A DNA stretch of 61,348 nt, filler included. It is 5 parts of 5 records of this genome, joined end to end, with 100 filler letters (N's around TTAATTAATTAA, not from the genome) between each part and the next. Parts side by side here need not be neighbours in the genome. Positions count along the whole stretch, not along the records: positions 42,944 to 52,123 come from SRR31156797_24060; positions 52,224 to 61,348 come from SRR31156797_24068; 3 more parts are not named here. The stretch is one strand, 5' to 3'. The position numbers and the translations under genes are program-made. How positions within the stretch are numbered: position 1 is the stretch's first letter; every line of letters begins with the position of its first letter. Under the pieces are notes generated by a model. That model saw only the letters and a program-made list of their open reading frames with translations, did not search any database and was not told the origin of the DNA. This document shows positions 50,356 through 60,442 of this stretch, piece by piece.

Positions 50356-50898
50356 GTGAATAAAATGCTTAAAATAAAAGGACATGAGATTGGTTCGGTA
50401 GTTGTTAAGGGTGCCAGTAACAGAAGGGCCATACAATTTCAGAATAATATTATTACGATCCTAAGGAAGATCGGTGTTAACGAAAATGACATTGATATTC
50501 CTCTTGAACGTATGGCAATGAAAAAGGCTAAAGCTTCTGCAACCTGGTGGATATCAGATGAAAGGATGCACTACAGCCACAGTATGCAGAAGAACTACGT
50601 AGAGAATCTCTATGTCCTGTCCAGGGTAGTTGAGATCGAGGCTGGCAGGGTACTTTCCGGGGAAAATACATTATCCGAGTTTATCTCTGAGTTCAAAGAG
50701 GATTCTGATGTTTTTAATAAACGTCTTGATGCACGCGAGTTCTTCGGCTGTGACCACGACGAGACTGATTTTGAGGTCATAAATCAAAAATACAAAGCGC
50801 TGTCAAAAGAGCTTCATCCCGACAAACCGACCGGAGATATTGAGAAATTCAAGCAGCTAAATGTTGCACACAAGATACTGAAGAGAGAATTGACATAA
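50356..50898 (+). CDS. Protein with C-terminal DnaJ (J) domain
   Basis: YKALSKELHPDK...FKQLNVAHKIL. Confidence 0.82.
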   Translation: MNKMLKIKGHEIGSVVVKGASNRRAIQFQNNIITILRKIGVNENDIDIPLERMAMKKAKASATWWISDERMHYSHSMQKNYVENLYVLSRVVEIEAGRVLSGENTLSEFISEFKEDSDVFNKRLDAREFFGCDHDETDFEVINQKYKALSKELHPDKPTGDIEKFKQLNVAHKILKRELT

Positions 50899-51042
50899 AG
50901 TAAGTCAATCAGTGTATTAAAACCGGGCGCGGCAGTTTCATGCAATAATCGGTTTCTTGTCCGTTTTTGCTTTCACGCCTGGGGTACACTCATTCATATC
51001 ACAAAAAAGAAAAGAATACTGTTCCTTTGAGTATTCTAAAGA

Positions 51043-51789
51043 TCAAACAGCTTCCTGTTCGAAATAGTCAGAAGTTGTTGAAACTGAACTTACTATTACT
51101 GTTGAACTATTCTGTATGACGTATTCGCTTAACCCGATGTCACTGTCAGGATTTCCCCAGTCATATGTATATCCCAGTCTGGTCCAGGGATACTCATCGT
51201 ATGTACTGTTGTTGAGGGAATTGAACCATTCGACATGTTCCTGTGAGACGTTCTCATTAAAATCAAGCTGAGCCTGGGTATCTGTGATCTCAGGGTCAGG
51301 AGTCGGTCTGAAAAGGTCATCTGGTCTTACCCACATTTCCACAAAATACTCATTTCCGTCATCATACGGAAGACCGATGAGCTGTTCCAGTCTAAGTGTT
51401 AGTTCATCGTTCTGAATATCATTTTGCTCAACGAAGTCTTTCAATTCAGGAATGACCATCACCCATGTGTCTCCCCACCATGTGGACACGTTTGAATCGA
51501 CAGGGTAGCTTTCAGGATACTTGGTCCATGTGACAACAAGGACATATTTATCTCCTGAAACTTCACTCCATTGAAGTTCAGTGTTAGACTCGATTATGGG
51601 GCTCAATTCTGTATATATTTCCTCATCTTCGGCTACCATTGCATCTTCGATTGCAGCCTGGTACATCTGGTCAAGGTCTGTTAGTTCAGCAGGAGATGGA
51701 TCAGGATGTCCGTCAAGAACAAATCCTGCAAATAGTATAGCTACCAGAGATATGGATAATATCAACAATAAATTGCTATTTTTCATCAT
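51043..51789 (-). CDS. Secreted/anchored acidic hypothetical protein
   Basis: N-terminal hydrophobic signal; RLEQLIGLP, LFRP, YPWTRLGYTYDWG. Confidence 0.75.
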   Translation of the reverse strand: MMKNSNLLLILSISLVAILFAGFVLDGHPDPSPAELTDLDQMYQAAIEDAMVAEDEEIYTELSPIIESNTELQWSEVSGDKYVLVVTWTKYPESYPVDSNVSTWWGDTWVMVIPELKDFVEQNDIQNDELTLRLEQLIGLPYDDGNEYFVEMWVRPDDLFRPTPDPEITDTQAQLDFNENVSQEHVEWFNSLNNSTYDEYPWTRLGYTYDWGNPDSDIGLSEYVIQNSSTVIVSSVSTTSDYFEQEAV

Positions 51790-51873
51790 TTGCCCTTTAT
51801 TTGTCTTTTATTGTATTGGCCCGCATTCGTGATATCGAGTCTTCTAATAAATGCTTATGATATCTGTTTTAGC

Positions 51874-52122
51874 CTAAGAGCGAAGTTCTTCTGCTTTGTC
51901 GTAGCATTCATTTGCTTCATCGGATCTGCCAAGTTCTTTAAGCGCATCTCCTTTTCCTTCCCATATGTAGGCATATTCCTGGTTGATCTCTATTGCCTTA
52001 TCATAGCATTCTATTGCTTCATCATATCTACCAAGTTCGTTAAGAGCATACCCTTTTTCTCCCCATGCATGGGTATATTCCGGCTCGATCTCTATTGCTT
52101 TATCGTAGGATTCTATCGCTTC
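51874..52122 (-). CDS. TPR-repeat protein, C-terminal part (5' end outside contig)
   Basis: Absent from ORF track; 34-aa repeats EAIESYDKAIEIEPEYTHAWGEKGYALNELGRYD / EAIECYDKAIEINQEYAYIWEGKGDALKELGRSD. Confidence 0.9.
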   Translation of the reverse strand, partial: EAIESYDKAIEIEPEYTHAWGEKGYALNELGRYDEAIECYDKAIEINQEYAYIWEGKGDALKELGRSDEANECYDKAEELRS

Positions 52123-52123
52123 T

Positions 52124-52223
52124 NNNNNNNNNNNNNNNNNNNNNNNNNNNNNNNNNNNNNNNNNNNNTTAATTAATTAANNNNNNNNNNNNNNNNNNNNN
52201 NNNNNNNNNNNNNNNNNNNNNNN
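52124..52223. other. Artificial contig-joining spacer
   Basis: N run + TTAATTAATTAA (52168-52179) + N run. Confidence 0.98.
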
Positions 52224-52415
52224 TTTTTTGACTGCTGAAAAAAAGTAAAAGCCTTTGTGGCTTGAGCAAAATGAAGTTCTTTCACGTTGAATGAATATGT
52301 TTCTTTAAAAGCGATTTTCCTATAATAATGCCATAGTTTAGAAAAATTGTGCAGAATACATCACATCGCCTTTTTGTTGTGTAACGCTATTTCAGGACTT
52401 GACATGTCATAAAGT

Positions 52416-52449
52416 AAAAAAAAGCCGATTCCTAAAAGAAACCGGCTTT
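52416..52449 (-). terminator. Rho-independent terminator after pruA
   Basis: AAAGCCG...CGGCTTT stem with A run on the + strand (U tail on minus). Confidence 0.75.
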
Positions 52450-52472
52450 GTAATATTTCTAAAACCTATTTA

Positions 52473-54098
52473 TTATCCAAGAAAGGGATATTTAAAATCA
52501 TGAGCAGGAACAAATGTTTCCTTAATGGTTCTTGGTGTTACCCATCTCATTAAGTTGATTGCAGAACCTGCTTTGTCATTTGTTCCAGAACCTCTTGAAC
52601 CTCCAAAAGGTTGTTGTCCAACTACAGCTCCGGTTGGTTTATCATTAATATAAAAGTTTCCGGCGCAGTTAGTTAATCTTTTAGTTGCCAATTCGGCAGC
52701 ATATCTGTCCTGAGCAAAAATAGCTCCGGTTAAGGCGTACATAGATGTGCTATCTAAAATATCCATTGTTTCTTCGAAAGCAGCATCCTCGTATATATAA
52801 ATAGTAACAACAGGTCCAAATAACTCTTCTTCCATAGTGGTATACTTAGGATTAGTAGTTAAAATAACCGTTGGCTCTACAAAATAACCTTTTGATTTAT
52901 CATAGTTTCCACCGAAAATTACTTCAGCTTCCTTGCTAGCTTTAGCTTCTTCAATAGCGCTTGCTTGCTTGTTAAATGAACTTTCATCGATTACAGCATT
53001 TACAAAATTGCTGAAGTCTTCAGGATCACCCATCTTAATTTCAGCTAACTGCTCACCAACGTATCCTTTAATTTCGTCCCACTTACCAGCAGGTAGATAT
53101 ACTCTCGAAGCAGCAGAACATTTTTGACCCTGGTACTCGAATCCACCTCTTACGATAGCAGTAGCAACAGCTTTGGCATCACAAGATTTGTGTGCAAGGA
53201 TAAAATCTTTACCACCTGTTTCTCCAACGATACGTGGGTATGATTTATATTTTTCGATGTTGGCACCGATCGTTTTCCACATGCTTTGAAATACCCCAGT
53301 AGATCCAGTAAAGTGAATACCTGCAAATTCAGGATGTTCAAAAATTACTTTAGCAGCAACCGGTCCTGAAGCATATACTAAATTGATAACACCAGCAGGA
53401 ACACCCGCCTCGTTAAATATTTCCATTAATACCTGTGCAGAGTAAACAGCTGTTTTTGAAGGTTTCCAAACCACTGTATTTCCCATTAAGGCCGGAGCCG
53501 AAGGTAAGTTACCTGCAATAGAGGTAAAGTTGAATGGAGTTAATGCGAATACAAATCCTTCTAATGGACGGTACTCAACACGGTTCCACATGCCTGGAGC
53601 AGATTCTGGTTGTTCTGCATAAATTTCAGTCATGTACTGAACATTGAATCTAAAAAAGTCAGCTAACTCACATGCAGCATCAATTTCTGCCTGGAAAGCA
53701 TTTTTTGATTGACCAAGCATCGTTGCCGCATTTAATTTCTGACGGTATGGTCCGGCAACTAAATCTGCAGCCTTTAAAAATATAGAAGCTCTGTGTTCCC
53801 AACTTAAATTCGCCCACTTTTCTCTGGCAGTCAAAGCAGCATCAATCGCTTGATGTACATGCGTTTCATCACCCTGGTGATAGTATCCTAATGTGTGATT
53901 AATATCGTGAGGAGGGTGAATGGACACTTTGTTTCCTGTTCTGATTTCTTCTCCACCAATATACATAGGTATATCTACCTCGCAAGCTTTATAAGCTTTT
54001 AACTGCGCTTGAAGCGCTTCTTTTTCCGACGTTCCCGGTGCATAACTTAAAACCGGTTCGTTTTCTGCTATGGGCACATTGAAGATTCCTTTAGGCAT
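52473..54098 (-). CDS. pruA: 1-pyrroline-5-carboxylate (L-glutamate gamma-semialdehyde) dehydrogenase
   Basis: TPFNFT, FTGST, GETGGKD, YQGQKCSA, EELFGP, QPFGGSRGSGTNDKAGS. Confidence 0.95.
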   Translation of the reverse strand: MPKGIFNVPIAENEPVLSYAPGTSEKEALQAQLKAYKACEVDIPMYIGGEEIRTGNKVSIHPPHDINHTLGYYHQGDETHVHQAIDAALTAREKWANLSWEHRASIFLKAADLVAGPYRQKLNAATMLGQSKNAFQAEIDAACELADFFRFNVQYMTEIYAEQPESAPGMWNRVEYRPLEGFVFALTPFNFTSIAGNLPSAPALMGNTVVWKPSKTAVYSAQVLMEIFNEAGVPAGVINLVYASGPVAAKVIFEHPEFAGIHFTGSTGVFQSMWKTIGANIEKYKSYPRIVGETGGKDFILAHKSCDAKAVATAIVRGGFEYQGQKCSAASRVYLPAGKWDEIKGYVGEQLAEIKMGDPEDFSNFVNAVIDESSFNKQASAIEEAKASKEAEVIFGGNYDKSKGYFVEPTVILTTNPKYTTMEEELFGPVVTIYIYEDAAFEETMDILDSTSMYALTGAIFAQDRYAAELATKRLTNCAGNFYINDKPTGAVVGQQPFGGSRGSGTNDKAGSAINLMRWVTPRTIKETFVPAHDFKYPFLG

Positions 54099-54161
54099 AA
54101 CTTTAATAGATTATTATCGTTTGTAAATTTTTAACTACAAATTGTGTCAAAATAATGTCTA

Positions 54162-54169
54162 CAAAGTTA
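54162..54169 (-). promoter_or_regulatory. Bacteroidota -7 promoter element for pruA
   Basis: TAACTTTG matches TAnnTTTG. Confidence 0.6.
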
Positions 54170-54285
54170 CAATGTGTAATTTTTGATAATAATGAAATCC
54201 GTCAGGGTTTGGTCTTTTGTGAACATGATTTAAGTCAGGTTTTATGAATTTGATTCTTTTAGTTTGAGATGTAATGTTCAGAGAG

Positions 54286-55557
54286 CTAATGGTATGCAGT
54301 AACAGAGTTGATTTGCCGGTAGCCAATGAGTCTGTCATAGTCTTGTCCCATGCTTCGGTAATAAATCAGAATAAGATAGTCGTTTTCGGTTTTGCTATGT
54401 GAGCCTTCAAATAATGAGACAGTTGCTTCTTTTGAATTGCTGGGTTTAAAGGCAAAATGATAATTATAAAAACCCTGTTTTAACAGAAGCGAAAGTTCGT
54501 ATTGTTTACGATCAAAACTATAAGTCATTTTGGCTTCCTCTGAGAATTGCCAATTAGTCAACGCACCGAGTACAAACACATTTCCACCAACAACTGGCAC
54601 ATCCATGGGTAAAGTAAAATGCACAAAAACATATTCAGCCTCTATTTCGGGATCACGTTCTTCCTGCACTTCAATTACATACCGACCGTTAAAATCGTTA
54701 TTGAAAAAATAAGATTGCCCTGCATAAATAGGATCAGGAAATAATTCTACATGAGAATAAGGATCGTGAAAACTAATATCCTTTATTTTGCTGCTTTTAA
54801 AACGTAAGCTTCTGGTGTCGAGCCATCGGAATTCATTTCCTCCTTCAAACATGGTTTCACGGTTGTAGTTGTATTCTAACAGGTTGTTTTTAATAAATTG
54901 AGGTTTTAAATTCAAAATAGCATTATCAAGTCTTCCATTTTGATATATTTCAGCTGTAATTTCTTCTATTGGGTTTTGAAATTGAATACCCGGATGTTGA
55001 ACTTCAAAATCTACTTCCTGTTTAGCTTTTCGTAATTCAGAATTCATAGTAAATTTCACATCAGGTATGATAGATACCCGTTGTTCGCTTACCATAAAGC
55101 GCTGGGTTAATACTGGTTTATTTTTATCAAAGTCTTCATACACTTTAATAATGTAATTCCCGGAAAGTAATATTTCAATGTCATTATTGGGGATATTTAT
55201 GGTATAATGCACGTAATCTATTGTAGTATTAAAGGAGTATTGGTAGTCCAGAAGTGGAATTTCATTAATGCCTTGTAAATATTCAGTTTCCATTAAAACT
55301 GATGGTTCCCAGTTTCTGTCACAAAGAATAATACAGTAATAGTAATCTTTTGTATCGGCATTTAATTCATCAAACGATAATTCAATCTGTTCATCCAGGT
55401 TCAGGTTCAAAATAGGGTAGGTAAGAGGCCAGCCTTTCTTATGACATTGAACGGTTTTTATTTGATGCTTGTACACTTTGTTGGTTATAGGATGTGCATC
55501 TAAAAAAAAAGAGCAGGAAAAAATCAGTAATGTAATGAACAAAAATGCTTTAGTCAT
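54286..55557 (-). CDS. DUF5103 family protein (type IX secretion plug-like); start probably MTKAF at 55557
   Basis: Signal peptide; LSFDEL, SFNT..YVHY, SGNY, GGNEFR, LLKQGFYNY, TENDY; divergent from nqrA. Confidence 0.75.
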   Translation of the reverse strand: MTKAFLFITLLIFSCSFFLDAHPITNKVYKHQIKTVQCHKKGWPLTYPILNLNLDEQIELSFDELNADTKDYYYCIILCDRNWEPSVLMETEYLQGINEIPLLDYQYSFNTTIDYVHYTINIPNNDIEILLSGNYIIKVYEDFDKNKPVLTQRFMVSEQRVSIIPDVKFTMNSELRKAKQEVDFEVQHPGIQFQNPIEEITAEIYQNGRLDNAILNLKPQFIKNNLLEYNYNRETMFEGGNEFRWLDTRSLRFKSSKIKDISFHDPYSHVELFPDPIYAGQSYFFNNDFNGRYVIEVQEERDPEIEAEYVFVHFTLPMDVPVVGGNVFVLGALTNWQFSEEAKMTYSFDRKQYELSLLLKQGFYNYHFAFKPSNSKEATVSLFEGSHSKTENDYLILIYYRSMGQDYDRLIGYRQINSVTAYH

Positions 55558-55803
55558 TCTTTGTGTAATTAGTTGTTGAGAAATTAATGAAATATGAAAG
55601 TTTAACATAGGCAGGACTGCGATCAGCATGTATCTGCTATTTTTATGTCCAAAACTTTACACCTACGTTCCATTATATTTTTTTGTTTGAAAATAGGTGT
55701 TTTTTATGAAACATGATTATGAGATACTTATCATTTAAAAATTATTTAACGAATTTTTTCTTTATTAGGTGGCCAATGACCATGGTCAAGTTATAATTTA
55801 TTG

Positions 55804-55811
55804 TATTTTTG
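55804..55811 (+). promoter_or_regulatory. Bacteroidota -7 promoter element for nqr operon
   Basis: TATTTTTG matches TAnnTTTG, 31 nt before nqrA ATG. Confidence 0.6.
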
Positions 55812-55842
55812 CATCGAAATTTTAAAAAACTTTTTATCAAAC

Positions 55843-57192
55843 ATGTCAGACGTAATCAAAATAAAAAAAGGTCTTGATATTCGGCTAAAGGGTAAAGCGG
55901 AAAAAGTATTTGGTACTGCCAGCTTGCCTGAGCTATTTGCCATCAAGCCGGGCGATTTTCCTGGTTTGGTTCCAAAGTTAGCGGTTAAGCCTGGTGACAA
56001 AGTTAAAGCCGGTTCGGTGTTGTTTTTTGACAAATATCGTACCGACATTAAATTTGTTTCTCCGGTAAGTGGAGAGGTTCAGGTAGTTAATCGTGGTGAG
56101 CGAAGACGGATACTAGAGGTTGTAGTAAAAAGTGACAACCAAAATGAATCAGAGGATTTTGGTACTGTTGATCCAAAACAGGTATCAAAAGAAGATGCTA
56201 AAGCTAAAATTTTAGCATCAGGAATGTGGCCATATCTTCGTCAGCGCCCATATAACGTGGTAGCGAATCCGGCGGATGAGCCCAAAGCAATCTTTATTTC
56301 AGCATTTGATTCTGCTCCATTAGGACCGGATAATGATTTTATCATGACGGGTCAGGAAAAAGAATTTCAGGCTGGAATTGATGTTTTAAATAAATTGGTT
56401 GAAGGCGGTGTTCACATTGGAGTGAACAATGAAATGGCATCTAAAGCATTTGTTTCTGCGCAGGGAGCAAAAGTTACTGCATTTTCAGGTCCTCACCCTG
56501 CAGGTAATGTGGGAGTTCAGATTCATCATGTATCTCCAATTAATAAAGGAGAAGTGGTATGGACGATTCAACCTCAGGAAGTCATCTCTTTAGGTAAATT
56601 ATTTACACAAGGTATTTACGATGCTTCCAGAATTATTGCGTTGACAGGTTCTGAATTAAAAACCAGAAATTACATTAAGACAAAAGTTGGAGCCAATATT
56701 GCAGCTTATGTGGAGAATAATGTAGAAGAATGTAGTTTAAGATATATCAGCGGTAACGTTTTAACCGGAGATAAAATAGGTAAAGATGGTTATTTAGGAA
56801 GTTACCATTCTCAATTAACGGTTATTCCGGAAGGAGATGATTATGATTTTATGGGATGGGCTGCACCAGGATTGAAAAAATTCAGTGTGTCTAAATCCTT
56901 CTTCTCGTGGTTATGTCCTAAGAAAGAGTATGCTTTAAATGCTAATTTGAACGGAGGTCCTCGTGCGATTATCATGTCGGGTCAGTACGATAAGGTAATG
57001 CCAATGGATATTTTACCGGAGCATTTAATTAAAGCGATTCTTACAGAAGATATAGATAAAATGGAACAGCTGGGAATTTATGAAGTAGCAGAGGAGGATT
57101 TTGCACTTTGTGAATTTGTTTGTACATCTAAATTAGAAATTCAGAGCATCGTTCGTAAAGGATTAGATGTGATGATTAAAGAGATGAGCTAA
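55843..57192 (+). CDS. nqrA: Na(+)-translocating NADH:quinone reductase subunit A
   Basis: IKKGLDI, NRGERR, GPHPAGNVG, EEDFALCEFVCTSK. Confidence 0.96.
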   Translation: MSDVIKIKKGLDIRLKGKAEKVFGTASLPELFAIKPGDFPGLVPKLAVKPGDKVKAGSVLFFDKYRTDIKFVSPVSGEVQVVNRGERRRILEVVVKSDNQNESEDFGTVDPKQVSKEDAKAKILASGMWPYLRQRPYNVVANPADEPKAIFISAFDSAPLGPDNDFIMTGQEKEFQAGIDVLNKLVEGGVHIGVNNEMASKAFVSAQGAKVTAFSGPHPAGNVGVQIHHVSPINKGEVVWTIQPQEVISLGKLFTQGIYDASRIIALTGSELKTRNYIKTKVGANIAAYVENNVEECSLRYISGNVLTGDKIGKDGYLGSYHSQLTVIPEGDDYDFMGWAAPGLKKFSVSKSFFSWLCPKKEYALNANLNGGPRAIIMSGQYDKVMPMDILPEHLIKAILTEDIDKMEQLGIYEVAEEDFALCEFVCTSKLEIQSIVRKGLDVMIKEMS

Positions 57193-57231
57193 TCTGTTGA
57201 ATCAATTTGTAAATATTAAAATCATAATAAA

Positions 57232-58395
57232 TTGAAAGCATTAAGAAATTATTTGGATAAGATCAAACCCAACTTTGAAAAAGGTGGGAAGTTTGAGAAA
57301 TTACACTCAACATTTGATGCTTTTGAGACCTTTCTTTTTGTTCCAAATCATACTTCAAAGTCAGGAGTGCATATTCACGATGCCATCGATTCTAAAAGAA
57401 CGATGTCTGTGGTGGTATTGGCATTAATTCCGGCTTTATTGTTTGGTATTTGGAATACCGGATTGCAACACTTTTTAGCTTTAGGTCAGCCAGATGCTGA
57501 TTTTTGGCAAATGGTAGGGTATGGTGCTTTAAAAGTACTTCCTGTTGTTGTTATATCGTATGCGGTGGGTCTTGGTATCGAGTTTATGTTCGCTCAAATG
57601 AGAGGGCACGAGGTAGCTGAGGGATTCCTGGTTTCAGGTATGTTAATTCCTTTGGTTTTACCGGCAGATATTCCTTTATGGATGGTAGCTGTTGCTACAG
57701 CGTTTGCAGTAATTATTGGTAAAGAAGTTTTTGGTGGAACAGGGATGAATATTTGGAACCCTGCTTTAGTTGCCAGAGCATTCTTATTCTTTGCATATCC
57801 TTCAAAAATGTCCGGAGACTTAATCTGGGTTTCAGGAATGTCAAAAGGTGAAGGTATTGTAGATGGTTTTTCAGGAGCTACACCTCTTGGAAATGCAGCT
57901 ATCGACAAGTTAGATTTATTACCTTCTACTTTAGAAAGTTTTATTGGAACAATACCTGGATCAATTGGAGAAACCAGTACGTTGGCCATCTTAATTGGAG
58001 CTGTAATTTTATTACTAACCGGTATTGGTAACTGGAAAATCATGGTAAGTGTTTTTGCTGGTGGATTCTTAATGGCCTTAGGTTTTAATGCTATTGGAAC
58101 TACAGCACCGATGAATATTGATGCTGTTCAGCAACTTTGTTTAGGAGGTTTTGCCTTTGGAGCTGTATTTATGGCAACTGATCCGGTTTCAGGTTCTCGT
58201 ACCGAAACAGGAAAATTCATCTATGGTTTCTTGATTGGTGTATTTGCCATCATGATTCGTGTGTTCAACCCGGCATACCCTGAAGGTGTAATGTTGGCTA
58301 TTTTATTAATGAACACTTTTGCACCATTGATTGACCATGTTGTTGTTCAAAAAAATATTAAACGCCGTTTAAAAAGGGTTAAAGTAAACGCTTAA
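57232..58395 (+). CDS. nqrB: Na(+)-NQR subunit B
   Basis: KEVFGGTGMN, FMN site SGATPL, FMATDPVS, YPEG. Confidence 0.96.
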   Translation: MKALRNYLDKIKPNFEKGGKFEKLHSTFDAFETFLFVPNHTSKSGVHIHDAIDSKRTMSVVVLALIPALLFGIWNTGLQHFLALGQPDADFWQMVGYGALKVLPVVVISYAVGLGIEFMFAQMRGHEVAEGFLVSGMLIPLVLPADIPLWMVAVATAFAVIIGKEVFGGTGMNIWNPALVARAFLFFAYPSKMSGDLIWVSGMSKGEGIVDGFSGATPLGNAAIDKLDLLPSTLESFIGTIPGSIGETSTLAILIGAVILLLTGIGNWKIMVSVFAGGFLMALGFNAIGTTAPMNIDAVQQLCLGGFAFGAVFMATDPVSGSRTETGKFIYGFLIGVFAIMIRVFNPAYPEGVMLAILLMNTFAPLIDHVVVQKNIKRRLKRVKVNA

Positions 58396-58407
58396 TAAAT
58401 TAGAAAA

Positions 58408-59103
58408 ATGGACAAACAAGGAAATTTATATACATTTCTGTATGCGGCTATTATGGTAATTGTTGTGGCGGCTACTTTAGCTTTAGTTTCAACGGGGCTT
58501 AAAGATAAGCAAGAGAAAAACGTTGAGGTGGCTAAAAAGATTGACATTTTAAAGTCAGTAAATATTGCCAGCGATGCCAGCACTGCAGAAGCATTATACG
58601 AAAAGCATATTGGTGCCAACACGAAGGTTATTAATATGCAGGGAGAAGAAGTAAAAGGTAATGCCTTTGATGTGGACTTAAGTAAAGAAGTTCGCAAATC
58701 TCCTGAAGAACGTAACTATCCACTTTACGTTTGTAAAATGGATAACGGAGAAGAGAAAATCATTATTCCTTTAAGAGGAAAAGGGTTATGGGGACCTATC
58801 TGGGGATATATCTCATTAAATGATGATAAAAACACTGTATTTGGTGCGACTTTCGATCATAAAGGAGAAACTCCGGGATTAGGTGCTGAGATTAGTAAAA
58901 CTTTTTTCCAGGAACCTTTCCAGGGAAAAACCATTTTTAATGAGTCGGGTAGTTTTGCATCTATTTCTGTTGTAAAAGGAGTAGATACATCAAGTAACCC
59001 TCATGCAGTGGATGCAATCTCAGGAGGTACCATTACCAGTAATGGAGTTACTGCTATGTTAAAAGAGTGCCTTATGGGGTACGAAAAGTATTTAAAAAAT
59101 TAA
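58408..59103 (+). CDS. nqrC: Na(+)-NQR subunit C
   Basis: GKGLWG, HKGETPGLG, DAISGGTITS. Confidence 0.96.
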   Translation: MDKQGNLYTFLYAAIMVIVVAATLALVSTGLKDKQEKNVEVAKKIDILKSVNIASDASTAEALYEKHIGANTKVINMQGEEVKGNAFDVDLSKEVRKSPEERNYPLYVCKMDNGEEKIIIPLRGKGLWGPIWGYISLNDDKNTVFGATFDHKGETPGLGAEISKTFFQEPFQGKTIFNESGSFASISVVKGVDTSSNPHAVDAISGGTITSNGVTAMLKECLMGYEKYLKN

Positions 59104-59114
59104 ACGGTTAAAAA

Positions 59115-59771
59115 ATGAGTGACAAAGAACCTTTGTTTTCTGCAAAAAACCGAAAACTTATATCAAATCCGCTTAACGCACAAAACCCGATTACCATTCA
59201 GGTATTGGGTATCTGTTCAGCTTTAGCGGTAACGGCTAAATTAGAGCCGGCAATTGTAATGTCAATTTCGGTAATGTTTGTATTGGTATTTGCCAATTTG
59301 CTAATATCACTTTTACGTAACACCATTCCATCTCGTATTCGTATTATTGTTCAGTTGGTGGTTGTTGCAGCGCTTGTAATTATTGTTGACCAGATTCTTC
59401 AGGCTTTTGCTTACGAAGTTAGTAAGCAGTTATCTGTATTTGTGGGACTGATAATTACCAACTGTATTATCATGGGACGTTTAGAAGCTTTTGCTTTAGG
59501 TAATAAACCATGGCAATCGGTATTAGATGGAGTAGGTAATGCTGCCGGTTACGGTGTAATCTTAATTATAGTAGCTTTCTTTAGAGAGTTGTTTGGTGCA
59601 GGTACCCTTACTTTACCTGGTCTGGGAACATTGACTATTATCCCGGAAGCATTTTATGAAATGGGTTATCAGAATAATGGTTTCATGATCCTTCCTCCTA
59701 TGGCATTGATCACTGTAGCTATTATTATTTGGGTTCAGCGTTCACGTAATAAAGATTTGATTGAATCTTAA
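59115..59771 (+). CDS. nqrD: Na(+)-NQR subunit D
   Basis: LGICSALAVT, VGLIITNCIIMGR. Confidence 0.96.
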   Translation: MSDKEPLFSAKNRKLISNPLNAQNPITIQVLGICSALAVTAKLEPAIVMSISVMFVLVFANLLISLLRNTIPSRIRIIVQLVVVAALVIIVDQILQAFAYEVSKQLSVFVGLIITNCIIMGRLEAFALGNKPWQSVLDGVGNAAGYGVILIIVAFFRELFGAGTLTLPGLGTLTIIPEAFYEMGYQNNGFMILPPMALITVAIIIWVQRSRNKDLIES

Positions 59772-59796
59772 TGACTAACTGGAAAAATTGATTTCA

Positions 59797-60414
59797 ATGG
59801 AAAATATAATTAATATATTCGTCAAGTCTATCTTTATTGATAATATGGTGTTTGCTTACTTCTTGGGTATGTGTTCATACCTGGCAGTATCAAAAACTGT
59901 AAAAACATCGTTCGGACTTGGTTTGGCAGTGGTATTTGTATTATTAATTACAGTTCCTGCCGATTATCTGCTAAATGAATACGTACTTAAGCCTGGAGCG
60001 TTATCCTGGTTAGGTGAAGGATTTGCTGATGTAGACTTAAGCTTCTTAAGCTTTATCATGTTTATTGCAGTTATCGCTTCTATGGTACAGTTAGTAGAAA
60101 TGATAGTAGAAAAATTTGCTCCCGCATTGTACAGTTCTCTGGGTATCTTTTTGCCTTTGATTGCTGTAAACTGTGCTATTTTAGGAGGATCTTTATTTAT
60201 GCAAGAGCGTGAATATGCTTCTTTGGCTGAAGCTACTTCTTTTGGATTAGGTTCCGGAATTGGTTGGTTATTGGCTATTGTAGGTATTGCCGCTATTCGT
60301 GAAAAAATTCAATATTCTGACATCCCGGCTCCATTACGCGGTTTAGGTATTACATTTATCGTAACCGGTTTAATGGGTGTTGCTTTTATGAGCTTTATGG
60401 GAATTCAGCTTTAA
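59797..60414 (+). CDS. nqrE: Na(+)-NQR subunit E
   Basis: [24 protein letters not shown]. Confidence 0.96.
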   Translation: MENIINIFVKSIFIDNMVFAYFLGMCSYLAVSKTVKTSFGLGLAVVFVLLITVPADYLLNEYVLKPGALSWLGEGFADVDLSFLSFIMFIAVIASMVQLVEMIVEKFAPALYSSLGIFLPLIAVNCAILGGSLFMQEREYASLAEATSFGLGSGIGWLLAIVGIAAIREKIQYSDIPAPLRGLGITFIVTGLMGVAFMSFMGIQL

Positions 60415-60442
60415 TAACAGTAAGAAAAAACATTGATATAGT

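Noticed and set aside
51790-52179. 129-aa hydrophobic plus-strand ORF
   Set aside because: Antisense shadow of the minus-strand TPR gene, and it runs into the N spacer
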